Source: Planktothrix sp. GU0601_MAG3 (GTDB lineage Bacteria; Cyanobacteriota; Cyanobacteriia; Cyanobacteriales; Microcoleaceae). Taken from it: 64,000 nucleotides of DNA. The position numbers and the translations under genes are program-made. The DNA lies in NCBI GenBank assembly GCA_035193785.1, contig CP136572.1:1376001-1440000 (forward strand), read 5' to 3'. This document shows, piece after piece, positions 15,130 through 26,284 of the stretch. Numbering within the stretch: position 1 is the stretch's first letter; each line of letters starts with the position of its first letter. The notes below the pieces were generated by a model. That model saw only the letters and a list, made by a program, of their open reading frames with translations, ran no database searches and was not told the DNA's origin.

Positions 15130-15248
15130 AATATTAGGGGGCGGTTCAGAGGGGTGGCAAGTTTCTTCCGTAGATTTAGGAAAAAAAGCCACCTCTAAAA
15201 ATATCCTTTGAAATTCATCCAATTTTATTCTTTTTCTAAACATTAATT

Positions 15249-17430
15249 ATGATTAAGCGACGAATTTCTAAAATATGGATTTTGCCAGCGATCGCATCTG
15301 GGGCTTTGTTGGTGGGTGTGTTCTTTCCGATGACGATCTTTCGGGGATGGAAACAGTCCGTTGAACAGACCTATTTGACCGATCAACAAATCCCAGAATC
15401 AAAGGTATTACAATTGGCTTTATCCCCCGTTTCCGAACGTCAAACGGAATTAGAAGCGATCGCCCAAGACCGAAATGCTTCTTTAGAAAGAAGTCGGGCA
15501 CGATATTTATTAGCTAGTGATTCTTTAGCCGAAAATCCTAACGCAGCCCTAAAATTATTACAGGGATTAGAACAGGATTATCCCTTATTAGGGGGTCATA
15601 TTTTAGTCAAAAGGGCGCGGGCTTATGAACAAATTGGAGATCTGGAAAAAGCCCAAACAACTTGGCAGGAATTATTAAAAAATTATAGCACCCAACCCAT
15701 TGTAGTCGAAGCCTTATATACATTAGGAAAAACTAATCCTGAATATTGGGATCAAGCGATCGCTCAATTTCCCAGTCATCCCAAAACCATAGAAATTATT
15801 CAAAGTAAACTTAAACAAAATCCCAATCAACCGGAATTATTATTTCTAATTGCTAAACATGGATTGTATTTAAAAGACTATGGAACCTATTTAGAACAAT
15901 TAAAAGCCAAATTTGGCGATCAACTCACCCCGGAACAATGGGAAATTGTGGCTTTTGGCTATTGGGAAAAACAGGATTATGGGAAAGCTGCCATTGCCTA
16001 TGCTAAAGCACCCAAGACCCCTAAAAATCTTTATCGTCAGGCCAGAGGATTATGGTTAAATGATAAAATTCCTGAGTCTCGAATTGCCTATAAACAATTA
16101 ATTAATACCTTTCCCCAGGAAATAGATCCTCAAGGAGAAGATGCCGGATTTGGTTTATTGCGGTTATCACGGCTTTCTGATAAAAAAGAGGCTTTAGGGT
16201 ATTTAGAGCAAGTGATTGCTAAATTTCCCCGCCATGCGGCCGAGGCTTTATTAGATAAATCTAAACTTTTAGATCAAATGCGATCGGAAAAATTAGCCTC
16301 CGAAACTCGTCAACAATTACTGAGTAAATATAGTGATTCTGAAGCGGCGGCCCAATTGCGTTGGGATCTCTCCCAACAAGCCTTAAAAGCGGGGGATTTA
16401 AAATCAGCCTCCGACTGGGCAAAACAAGTTTCAACTAAAAATCCTGACAGTGAATTTGCCCCGGAAGCGACATTTTGGGTGGGGAAATGGGCGGAAAAAA
16501 ACGGCAATTCCCAAGAGGCAAAAAAAGCCTTTGAATATTTAATTGTCCGTTATCCTTCTTCCTATTATGCTTGGCGTTTCGGCCGTTCATTTAGGATGGC
16601 CGGTGGGGGATTTTACCACCGTTCGACCCCTCTCTCCCCATGTCGAACATCCTGATATTAGGGAAGTGCCTCCGGCGGGTTCTGAAACCTTACAAGAACT
16701 GTATGCTTTAGGACAAAATCAAGAGGCTTGGAAACTATGGCAAACGGAGTTTAAAAATCTCAACCAGCCTTCAGTTGCTGAACAATATACCGATGGGTTA
16801 ATGCGGATGGGCATAGGGGATAATTTAGAAGGAATTTGGATGTTATCAAGTTTAAATCGCCGGGATGATCCCCAGGAGCGATCGCAATATTTAGAAATTA
16901 AACAAAAACCAGCCTATTGGGAAGCATTATATCCATTTCCCTACTTAGAAACTATTGTTAATTGGTCAAAAGAACGGCAATTAAATCCGGTATTAGTAAC
17001 AGCATTAATTCGTCAGGAATCGCGGTTTATGCCGGGGATTAAATCCGTTGTTGGGGCTACGGGATTAATGCAGGTGATGCCGGAAACAGGGGAGGAGGTG
17101 GCGAAAAAAATTAAATTAACAGATTATTCCTTGGAAAATGTCAATGATAACATCAATTTAGGAACCTATTATCTGGATTTTACCCATCGAGAATATAATA
17201 ATAATTCGATGTTGGCAGTTGCCAGTTATAATGCTGGGCCGGGGGCTGTTTCCGGGTGGTTACAGCGTTTTGGATTTCAAGATCCCGATGAATTTGTAGT
17301 TAAAATTCCCTATCCTGAAACTCAAGGCTATGTGAAATCTGTATTTGAGAATTATTGGAATTATCTCAGGATTTATAACCCAGATGTTGCCCAATTAATG
17401 GAAGATCATGCTAAGAATTACAAAAATTAA
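15249..17430 (+). CDS. TPR-containing soluble lytic transglycosylase (Slt); +1 frameshift at 16576-16580
   Basis: ALIRQESRF, GLMQVMP, ASYNAG, ETQGYV motifs; N-terminal TM helix and TPRs. Confidence 0.9.
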
Positions 17431-17443
17431 TTAGGGAATAGGG

Positions 17444-17693
17444 ATCACGGATTTAAGAGGATTTCACGGATTTCACGGATTTTAATCTGTGTTAATCTGC
17501 GTAATCCGTTTAATCCGTGATGCGGATTTTAATCTGTGTTAATCTGCGTAATCCGTTTAATCCGTGATGCGGATTTTAATCTGTGTTAATCTGCGTAATC
17601 CGTTTAATCCGTGATACGGATTTTAATCTGTGTTAATCTGCGTAATCCGTTTAATCCGTGATGCGGATTTTAATCTGTGTTAATCTGCGTAAT
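17444..17693. repeat. Imperfect palindrome whose right arm is amplified as ~4.6 tandem copies of a 47-bp unit
   Basis: CGGATTTTAATCTGTGTTAATCTGCGTAATCCGTTTAATCCGTGATG starts at 17476, 17523, 17570, 17617, 17664; no spacers. Confidence 0.95.
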
Positions 17694-17708
17694 ACTTTTA
17701 TTGAAAAC

Positions 17709-18164
17709 CTAATTTGTTGAATGAACTAAACGAATAAACTGGCAAGGATAACCGGAAATATTACTATTAAAAGTGCCAATTTCTTGAAATCCGGCTTTTT
17801 TATAAAATCCGATCGCCCGTTGATTTCCTGCCATCACAATAGTATAAATAGGAGAAGCAATTAGTTTTAAAGCTAAGTCTAATAACCGTTTGCCAATGCC
17901 TTTATTTTGATAATCTGGATCAACATATAATAAAGCGATACAGTGAGAATCGAGGGCAATAAAGGCGACGACTTTTTCTCCTTCACAGGCTACGAATTTA
18001 TCATAGGTATAGCAAATATGATGAACATTCGGATTTTGTTCCAGAGGTCTCATCGCCCTTAAATCACAAGATCCTTTAAATTCATCGGGTTGGGAGCGAT
18101 TATGCACCCGACAAATAGCCGACCAATCTCTTTCTAAATAAGGACGAATATTAATTGTTTTCAT
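17709..18164 (-). CDS. GNAT N-acetyltransferase
   Basis: LYVDPDYQNKGIGKRLL, N.RAIGFYKKAGF. Confidence 0.9.
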   Translation of the reverse strand: MKTINIRPYLERDWSAICRVHNRSQPDEFKGSCDLRAMRPLEQNPNVHHICYTYDKFVACEGEKVVAFIALDSHCIALLYVDPDYQNKGIGKRLLDLALKLIASPIYTIVMAGNQRAIGFYKKAGFQEIGTFNSNISGYPCQFIRLVHSTN

Positions 18165-18170
18165 TCATGT

Positions 18171-19851
18171 TTAGACAAATTGTGGACGTTCTAAAACTTG
18201 GGAAAATAGGGTTTTAAATTCGGCTTTTTGGGTTTCTGATTCCATCATTTGTTTCCAGGTTTCATAAAAGAAAAATGTGTTTCCGGCAAATTGGCGATCG
18301 CGCGTCAGTTGAATTTGTTCTTTAACTGTTGGAAAAGAAATTGGCTTAATTCTTAACCCGGTTAAAATACCAATACTAACAGGAATATGGCTTTTAGCTT
18401 CCAAAAGTTCAGGACGTTTTAAATCGGCTAAAAATCCATTCCGATCATCGCGATATACTTGTAAAACTAATTCTTCTAAATAGCCTTCTTGTTCCCAGGT
18501 TTTCCAGTCTTGTAAAAATTGAGAATAGGCAAAAAGATAGGGATTTGGGGATAAAGAAAGAATACAACTCGGTTTATGATCTTTGATAATCCAAAAAACT
18601 CGGTTAACAAATTCTGTAATTTTTTTTGCTCTCCAACTTACCCAATTTGCTTCTTGAAAGTCTGTGGGGGGTTGGGAATTTCCCGTTTCTTTCCGATATA
18701 ATTGGATAGTAAATTCATCATAGCCTAAATCGACGGGTAGACCAAAATGATCGTCAAATTGAATCCCATCAACCTCATAGTTTTTGACTACTTCAATGAT
18801 TAAACCCAAAAGAAACTGTTGGACTTGGGGATGGAAAGGATTTAACCAAACTTGATTAACTTGACTTTCTTTATATACTTTCGTACCATCTTGACGACAA
18901 GTAATCCAATGGGGACGTAGTTCAACAATTTGAGAATCCGGGGGAACCATAAACCCATATTCAAACCAAGGAATAACACTAATCTTTTTTTCTTTGGCTA
19001 AGGGAATCATTTCTTTGAGAATATCTCTGTCTTTCAATTCGGGAATCGGATGAATTTTAGTTCCGGTAAATTTTTCCATTAAAACACTTGGATAAAGGGT
19101 ATAACCACTATTCCAAATGGTAGGATAAACCGTATTAAAGTTACATTCTGCTAATAAATTTAGAGCATCAGTTAAGGTATTTTTAGAGAACAAAACATCA
19201 CTATCAATATTGGTTAACCAAACTCCCCTTAATTCTCCGGTCGGAACGGGAATAATTGGCGGTTTAACAATATACTGTTCCGCAATAGTTAAGGGTTTCA
19301 TCAACTTGGCGCAACGCTTGACAGAAAAATACAGCTACTTCGGCGCGTGTGGCGGGTTTATTCGGGTTTAAAAGTTTCACCTCGGGATAATTAACCACTA
19401 AGCCAAATTCAATCGCCGCCGCGATCGCATTTTTAGCATAATTAGGAATATCTTTCCCATCATTTAAACTTTGACTTAGGGTTTTAATAATAGATTGACT
19501 GGGCTCATAATTTAACCCTTTGACTAAGGCGACTAATGCTTGAACTCTAGGGATATTTTGTTGGGGTTTAAAAATTTGGTCTTCATAGCCACTCATAAAG
19601 CCAGTGCGATAGGTTTTTTGAATCACACTATGGGCCCAAAAATTAGCCGAAACATCCTTAAATTGAATCGCTTCTCGAATGTCTAAAAGTTGGGGAAAAG
19701 CCTTAATTAGCATGGTGGCAAACTCAGCACGGGTCAAGGTCGCATCGGGCTTGAAGGTTCCATCTCGATAGCCACTGATGATGCCTTTATTTGCCAGACT
19801 TTCAATACTATTTTTTGCCCAATGATCCGTTATATCTGTAAAGTTTACCAT
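18171..19851 (-). CDS. S-layer homology (SLH) domains fused to GHL10/DUF187 glycoside hydrolase; +1 frameshift at 19295-19299
   Basis: Three SLH repeats (FTDI..HWA, GY.DGTFKP..TRAE); ELRGVWLTN, GIQFDDHF. Confidence 0.85.
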
Positions 19852-20067
19852 AGATTTTGAATGAGTGAAATAGGTTAAAGATTTTTGTTTAATTGTTAAT
19901 ATTTTTGAACAAAACAATACAATCCATTAACTTTGCCTCTAATTTGATTCAGACAGAATATAATAGCAGTATGAATTGTACCCCAAAGTAGGATAAGTTA
20001 CAATCTTGAAAAAATGTCAACTTGTCCATATTTTTTAAATCCTTGTTTAAAGGTTTCGAGCTAAATT

Positions 20068-20514
20068 ATGAAAATCATTTCCACCCTACTTTCTGGAATT
20101 ACCGCTTCCCTTACCACCCTAACCTTGGTAACAGGTCTCGCCATAGCTCAAATGGCTGAAGTACCTAAACCCAATATGAAAGGTGATTTTATCACAGCAA
20201 AAGTTCAAGGAAATCGGGGGCTTTATAATAATATAAACTGGTTAGTTGTCGATCCTGAATATTTGAACTGTCGCAATACTCCCGAAGGGACGGTTAGGGC
20301 TCGCTTAGAGTCAGGCGCAATTATGACAGCCCTATTTTCTAATGATGGAAAAGGTGATGCTATTGTGCTTAAAAATGGTCAATCTTGGTTAAAGGTAGAA
20401 AGTATTCATCCCTATGGGCCGCGATTGAATTCTGGAGTTTGTTATGTTCGGGCTAATTTGAAATATATTGCCCCGATTAATGGTGATTATATTGATATGT
20501 TTAAAAGGAAATAA
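20068..20514 (+). CDS. Secreted hypothetical protein (SH3-like)
   Basis: Signal peptide; W.VVD..LNCR..P, CYVRAN..YI.P. Confidence 0.6.
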   Translation: MKIISTLLSGITASLTTLTLVTGLAIAQMAEVPKPNMKGDFITAKVQGNRGLYNNINWLVVDPEYLNCRNTPEGTVRARLESGAIMTALFSNDGKGDAIVLKNGQSWLKVESIHPYGPRLNSGVCYVRANLKYIAPINGDYIDMFKRK

Positions 20515-20519
20515 AAGCC

Positions 20520-20774
20520 ATGCGTTTTATCAATCCAAAAACTAATTTAACCCGTGAGGAACTCGATGAAGTTGAAAAAGTGGAACTGTTTTTACAAGAT
20601 CAACAAAATGCAATTAGTTTAGCAGAAAGTCAAGCTAGACAAGAGGGTCAAACGGAAGGTCGAACCGAAAAAGCTATAGAAATTGCTCGTCAACTTCTAA
20701 CTATTTTAGATGATGAAACTATTAGTCGCACCACGGGGTTAAGTTTAGCAGAAATTCAAAACTTAAGATCCTAA
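20520..20774 (+). CDS. Internally deleted Rpn/PD-(D/E)XK nuclease-family gene (N-terminal 8 aa fused to the C-terminal domain)
   Basis: MRFINPKT directly followed by NLTREELDE...EG.TEG..EKAIEIARQLL..LDDETIS..TGLS. Confidence 0.7.
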   Translation: MRFINPKTNLTREELDEVEKVELFLQDQQNAISLAESQARQEGQTEGRTEKAIEIARQLLTILDDETISRTTGLSLAEIQNLRS

Positions 20775-20786
20775 TTTTTAAAAGAA

Positions 20787-21506
20787 TTAAGAGGAATATC
20801 GACCGTATTTGGCGATCGCATTTTCCTCTGGATTTTGTTGATTTGTTGACCACGCCCAAAGTTGATCACCCTGGGAAAAATGCCACCATTCATTCGGATG
20901 TTGTTGAAATCCTGTTGATAGCATAACTTGGGATAAAATCAGACGATTTTGATGATATTCTTTCTCTATTTGATCAGAACTATGCTCAAAATAATTAGGA
21001 TAGGATCGAGGCGAAATCTGATCAATTTCTGAACCCATATTAACTATTTTTCCGGTCTGATCAACTAAAGTAATATCCAAAGCCGCACCCGTACTATGGG
21101 GGGGAGGGGTAGCGGGATCTAAGCTGGGAGCAGCCCAAAATTGATCAACTTCTGTTAAGATCAATTGGTGTTGTTCCGTTGAAAGATTGTGTGGCGTTAA
21201 TCCCCTTTCCTTTAATAGTTGTTCATAAGAATAATCTACCATAAATTGTTGCACTTCTACGGGACGATAGGCGTCAAAAATCAATATCCTCCAGTTAGGA
21301 TAATTATTCTCTAATTGTAGTTGTGCTGCGAGGAGACGTTCTAAAACACCTTGTCTTAAATAATAGGGAGAATCTACCGAAGAAAAATGATAGGGTGCTC
21401 CCAATTTTTGATAAGCATGGGGCGTTTCTACTACAAATTTTTCTAGGGGAATATTAACTAAAGGTTCACCACAGTCTTGAATCGGAATTTGTTGATAGGG
21501 TTTCAT
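20787..21506 (-). CDS. D-Ala-D-Ala dipeptidase (M15/VanX family)
   Basis: DAYRP, PHSTGAALD, EWWHF. Confidence 0.9.
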   Translation of the reverse strand: MKPYQQIPIQDCGEPLVNIPLEKFVVETPHAYQKLGAPYHFSSVDSPYYLRQGVLERLLAAQLQLENNYPNWRILIFDAYRPVEVQQFMVDYSYEQLLKERGLTPHNLSTEQHQLILTEVDQFWAAPSLDPATPPPHSTGAALDITLVDQTGKIVNMGSEIDQISPRSYPNYFEHSSDQIEKEYHQNRLILSQVMLSTGFQQHPNEWWHFSQGDQLWAWSTNQQNPEENAIAKYGRYSS

Positions 21507-21520
21507 AATATTTATTTTAA

Positions 21521-21575
21521 GTAGTAAGCCCTTCAGGGCTTAGAGGTTTAGAGAGAGCCCTGAAGGGATCACTAC
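21521..21575. repeat. GTAG-type REP doublet (family A)
   Basis: GTAGTAAGCCCTTCAGGGCT...AGCCCTGAAGGGATCACTAC. Confidence 0.8.
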
Positions 21576-21577
21576 GG

Positions 21578-22241
21578 TTAAGATTTTCGGGATGCAATTA
21601 AAGCATAAAATGGGTCGCTTCCTCCCATTCCTAACATTTGCATAAATAGAGGAATTTTAGATTGACTAGCAATCACTTTAGGACTATTAAATCCAGGTAA
21701 GTTATTGATTTTAACTGAATTAATATAGCCTTTGACTAATTCTAGTCTATGAGGTTTCTGTTGCTTCTCGCCAGGCGGAGATCGCTTTTTGATAAAACAT
21801 TCGATTAGAAAAGCTAATAATGGTAATTCCACCGGGTTTTAAAATCCGATGAATTTCGGATAAAATTGCTTCAGGATATTGTAAATATTGGATGGAAACA
21901 CAAATTAAAACCGCATCAAAATCTTGATCCGACAGGGGAAGTTTGAGATTTTGGTTTAAGTCTTGAATAAAATAATGATCGAGTTGAGAATTTTTGGTTA
22001 ATTCCTCCTCATTCATTCCATGTCCTTCGACATGGGAAAATTTAATTTCAGGGGGAAGGTGAGATACCCAACTACTCATTAAATCTAAAATCCGAGTTTG
22101 GGGTTTGAGGGTGTCTCGATAGAGGGTTGTTAATTGATCAATAAACCCTTGATCAACGTGGGTTACAAAGCGAGGAAACGAGTAAAATAGTGAGTCTTCT
22201 GTCTCGTCTAATTTAATCCGTTCATGGCGTTGGAGTAACAT
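21578..22241 (-). CDS. Class I SAM-dependent methyltransferase; +1 frameshift at 21754-21758
   Basis: PRFVTHVD, ILDLMSSWVSHLP, ISFSNRMF, DPFYA. Confidence 0.85.
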
Positions 22242-22397
22242 AATTCTATTAATCCTGATAGATGCTATGGGTCTGTCAATCCGAATATAAAGAATTGTAT
22301 ACTAATTTTGATCCAATGGGTATAATTATTCTAATATTGATTAATAAGTCAAAGATATCTTGATTCAGAATCGCTATTAAAAACACCCTAGAAACCC

Positions 22398-23921
22398 ATG
22401 CCTCGCACGCCTACATTATCCTTTGATCGGGGTACACTTTTATTACATCCTCCCCCAAAGGGAAAAAATTGGATTGATTTTGTTACCTGGGATGATCGGG
22501 TAGAAAAATTCAGAAGTCCGGCTTTTTATTATCGCAATTTAGTAGAAACTTTACGCAAAAATCAAGTAGATTTTATTGATCAAGCTCATAATTTTAACCG
22601 ATTAGAATTAACTCCCAGTTTTGAAATGCCTCCCTATCTTCATCAACAGGAAGCATTAGCAGCTTGGCAGGCGGTAGGAAGTCAGGGAGTGGTGGTTTTA
22701 CCCACAGCTTCAGGGAAAACCTATTTAGCTCAATTAGCGATGCAAGTAACGGGATGCCATACCTTAATTGTTGTCCCAACATTGGATTTAATGCACCAAT
22801 GGTATGCCCATTTATTAGCGGCTTTTCCTGATATTGAAATTGGATTATTGGGGGGAGGATCGAAGGATAGAACCCCGATTTTAGTGGCAACTTATGATAG
22901 TGCAACGATTCATTCTGAAACCTTGGGTGATAAATACGGACTGTTAATTTTTGATGAATGCCATCATTTACCCACGGACTTTTATCGGGTTATTGCGGAA
23001 TATTCCCTCGCTCCTTATCGTTTGGGACTAACAGCAACTCCTGAACGTTCAGATGGTAGACATAGTGATTTATCGTTGTTAATTGGGTCTACGGTTTATC
23101 GTAAAACCCCGGAAGATTTAGCGGGATCGGCATTAGCAAATCATCGAGTTGTACAAATTTTAGTTAAACTTTCTCCCAAGGAACGAGAGACTTATCAAGA
23201 ACAAATGAAAGTCAGAAATGAGTTTATTAAAGAGAATAATATTAAATTATCTAGTTTAGAAGGTTGGAAACAATTTGTGATGTTAAGTGCGCGATCGCCT
23301 TCAGGAAGACGGGCAATGTTAGCCCACCGACAAGCTAAAGAAATATCCTTATGTACTAACGGAAAATTGAGGATATTAGCCGATTTATTAAGTCAACATC
23401 ATTTGGAAAAAACCCTAATTTTTACGGCCGATAATTCAACGGTTTATAAAATTTCTCAAAGTTTTTTAATTCCCGCTATTACCCATCAAACCCCCGTAAA
23501 AGAACGCCATGAAATCTTAACTAAATTCCGAGCCGGAGACTATAAAACCCTAGTTGCATCCCATGTTTTAAATGAAGGGGTGGATGTTCCCGATGCTAAG
23601 ATAGCAATTATTTTATCAGGGACAGGCTCAGAACGGGAATATATTCAACGGTTGGGGCGAGTTTTACGCAAGGGAAATACCCCCAATAAACAGGCAATTT
23701 TGTATGAAGTAGTTACAGAAGATACCAGCGAAGAACGCACCTCTCAACGTCGCAAAGGAGAAACACAATCTAAACCCCAACCACCCAAGAAATCCTCTAA
23801 TTCTGATTATCAACAGTTGGATATATTTCAACCTAAACCTTTATATGGGATGCAAAATACCCCAAGTAAACGGGTTGCAGAATCTTCAGAAAAATGGAAT
23901 AATCAAGAAGAATCTGAATAA
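22398..23921 (+). CDS. XPB/Rad25-like SF2 DNA helicase
   Basis: PTASGKT, DECHH, TAT, EGVD, QRLGR motifs. Confidence 0.9.
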   Translation: MPRTPTLSFDRGTLLLHPPPKGKNWIDFVTWDDRVEKFRSPAFYYRNLVETLRKNQVDFIDQAHNFNRLELTPSFEMPPYLHQQEALAAWQAVGSQGVVVLPTASGKTYLAQLAMQVTGCHTLIVVPTLDLMHQWYAHLLAAFPDIEIGLLGGGSKDRTPILVATYDSATIHSETLGDKYGLLIFDECHHLPTDFYRVIAEYSLAPYRLGLTATPERSDGRHSDLSLLIGSTVYRKTPEDLAGSALANHRVVQILVKLSPKERETYQEQMKVRNEFIKENNIKLSSLEGWKQFVMLSARSPSGRRAMLAHRQAKEISLCTNGKLRILADLLSQHHLEKTLIFTADNSTVYKISQSFLIPAITHQTPVKERHEILTKFRAGDYKTLVASHVLNEGVDVPDAKIAIILSGTGSEREYIQRLGRVLRKGNTPNKQAILYEVVTEDTSEERTSQRRKGETQSKPQPPKKSSNSDYQQLDIFQPKPLYGMQNTPSKRVAESSEKWNNQEESE

Positions 23922-24000
23922 AAATATATGCAATAATTTCAAGGCGTGATATAATTGGATAATTATTAGTATAGTTTGATTATCTCAGGGGACAAAAGTA

Positions 24001-24474
24001 ATGAATTTGACCAACCTGCCTTTATTAAAAGACTTTAGCATTTTTCCTAAACATACGGGAAATTGGCAAGGAAGCTGGATTATTTTCGATGAAAACGGGC
24101 AAGAAAAAACTCGATTTACGGCGGTTGTAACCCAAGATATTGTTGAGAATAAGTGGGTACAAACCAATGTTCAAACCTATAGTAATGGTCAATCAGAAAC
24201 TCAAAATTTTATTGGTACGGTTATCGGAGAAGGGAAAATCTTAATTGAAGGTTCAGACTCGGCTTTTGTTAATTATAAATCTATAGCAACAGAACGAGAT
24301 GATGATTTAATTATTTTCAGGGTTTGGGATAAAACAACAGGTAAATTAAGGGCTGTTGAAACCATCAATCTGATTAGTCCCTCCGAACGAATTAGAACTA
24401 CCCAAAGTTTTAATCCCGAAACTGGGAAATTCAGAGGATTTATGGTAATTACAGAACAAAAAATTACCGAATAA
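24001..24474 (+). CDS. Calycin-like beta-barrel protein (DUF3598-like)
   Basis: H.GNWQGSW N-terminal motif, R.RTTQ. Confidence 0.55.
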   Translation: MNLTNLPLLKDFSIFPKHTGNWQGSWIIFDENGQEKTRFTAVVTQDIVENKWVQTNVQTYSNGQSETQNFIGTVIGEGKILIEGSDSAFVNYKSIATERDDDLIIFRVWDKTTGKLRAVETINLISPSERIRTTQSFNPETGKFRGFMVITEQKITE

Positions 24475-24524
24475 AAGTTAGTAAAATTTTAGTTTTACCC
24501 TAAATTTATGAGTTGGAATTTCTG

Positions 24525-25767
24525 ATGCTACCCTCTGAACTTTTAAGTTATAAACAACAGGGAGAAACGGTAATTCCCCTGCGGCTAAAAATTGATCCAA
24601 AACATATTAATCTGGCAACGGATGTGATTCAATGTTTTGAAGAATCTGTGAATAAAACCCAAGGGGAATTAAATAAACGGTTACAGGAATTTGAAGGAGA
24701 TAGTCCCGACTATCGGTTAAAACGAGGGTTAGCCCATTTATTAAGAAGTGGTTTTTGCACTTTTGAGATAGTTAGTCCCCTAGAAACCTGTGGAATTACG
24801 ACAAAAAGTATTTGCATTAGCGGCGAAAACTGTACCGAGTTTAGCCGCGACAGAACAGACCTTAGAACAGTTAGCAACTCAACTAAGTCAAGACTTAAAT
24901 CGAGAGGTTTTACCCCATCAAATTCTATCGGGTATTTATGCCGATTTACAGGAAAATAGAGTTTTAACCCAATTAGATTCTCCGACTCCAGAAGCATTAT
25001 TACATCGGTATAATTTATCCCAAGTTCAGGGGATTTTCTATCAAGCAAGTCAAATTATTATTAATGCCTATCGTAATGACCCAGGGGAATATAAACTCCT
25101 ATTTCGCTATTTAAAATTATTCCAATTAATGACTTATATTGAGGGAGATGCGGATCACGGTTTTACTTTAACTATTGATGGGCCAACCAGTTTATTTAAA
25201 GCTAGTACCCGCTATGGTTTATCCTTAGCTAAAATGATTCCGGCCTTACTTCATGTTACTAAATGGAGTTTAAAAGCTAAATTACAACAGCGTGATCCCT
25301 ATACTCGGGTGGTGAAAACAGGTTATTTTAGCTTGAATTATGATTGCGGTTTGGTCAGTCATTATCCCCCGGGGAAACCCTATGATAGTATGATTGAACA
25401 ATCTTTTGCCGAGCGCTGGAATACCTTAAAAACCGAGTGGAAATTAGAACGGGAAGTCGATTTAATTCCGATTCCAGGGAGTGTAATGATTCCTGATTTT
25501 CGCTTAGTTCATCCCGATGGCAGAATATTTTTATTAGAGATTATTGGTTATTGGCGACCGGAATATTTACAGAAAAAGTTTTATCAAGTTCAATCTTCTG
25601 GCTGTGACTATTTAATATTAGCAATTTCTGAACGATTGAATTTAGAAAATGCCGGAATTAATATTAATCGTCTTCCTGTCCCTGTGGTTTGGTTTAAGGA
25701 TAAATTATCTCCCAAGGCAATATTAGAAATTTTAGAAAATCAGGTTGACAATTTCAACAAAAATTAG
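24525..25767 (+). CDS. DUF790 family endonuclease (Bax1-like); +1 frameshift at 24783-24787
   Basis: YNLSQVQG, DGP.SLF, YG..LA, YDS.IE, IPDF...LEIIGYW PD-(D/E)XK motif. Confidence 0.85.
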
Positions 25768-25839
25768 CTATATATCAGAAGTTCGTTATTGGGCTTTAGA
25801 GTGCTGAAGCCCAACAACGACGAGCAGTTGCGAGTGAAA

Positions 25840-26209
25840 TTATTGCTCAATTTCAACGACTTTGGGTTGATCCTCAATTTGAGTCTGTTGAGCGGTGCTG
25901 CTATTGTTTGAACTGAGTTGATTTTTAAGTTTAAGTTTTAGTGGCCATGTAATGGGTAAACTTTCAATTTCTTGAAAGAGAGACTGCACCGATTCTTGTT
26001 TGCTACGTTTCTGCATAAATAGCATTGAGAACTGCTTCAATTCCATATTCGGCCACCGCATCTCCTAAAACCGTTATTAGACCTAGCATCGCTATACTTC
26101 CTAGGACAATAAATGGCTCTCCCAGGGTGAGAATTGCGACAATAGTAGCCATGGCGGCAGAACTTAAATACAAACTAGCAATTTTTTTAGCAATTGTGTC
26201 AATGTCCAT
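25840..26209 (-). CDS. Small hypothetical membrane protein; +1 frameshift at 26007-26011
   Basis: Two ORFs join into ~122 aa with a hydrophobic N-terminal hairpin. Confidence 0.6.
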
Positions 26210-26284
26210 GGGAATTACCTAACATCCTTACACTGTAGTTTGAAACATTAATTAAGGGTATCAAAATTCGTTGTCAACTCTATT

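Noticed and set aside
17476..17693. CRISPR array
   Set aside because: Units are contiguous with no unique spacers, and there are no cas genes in the window
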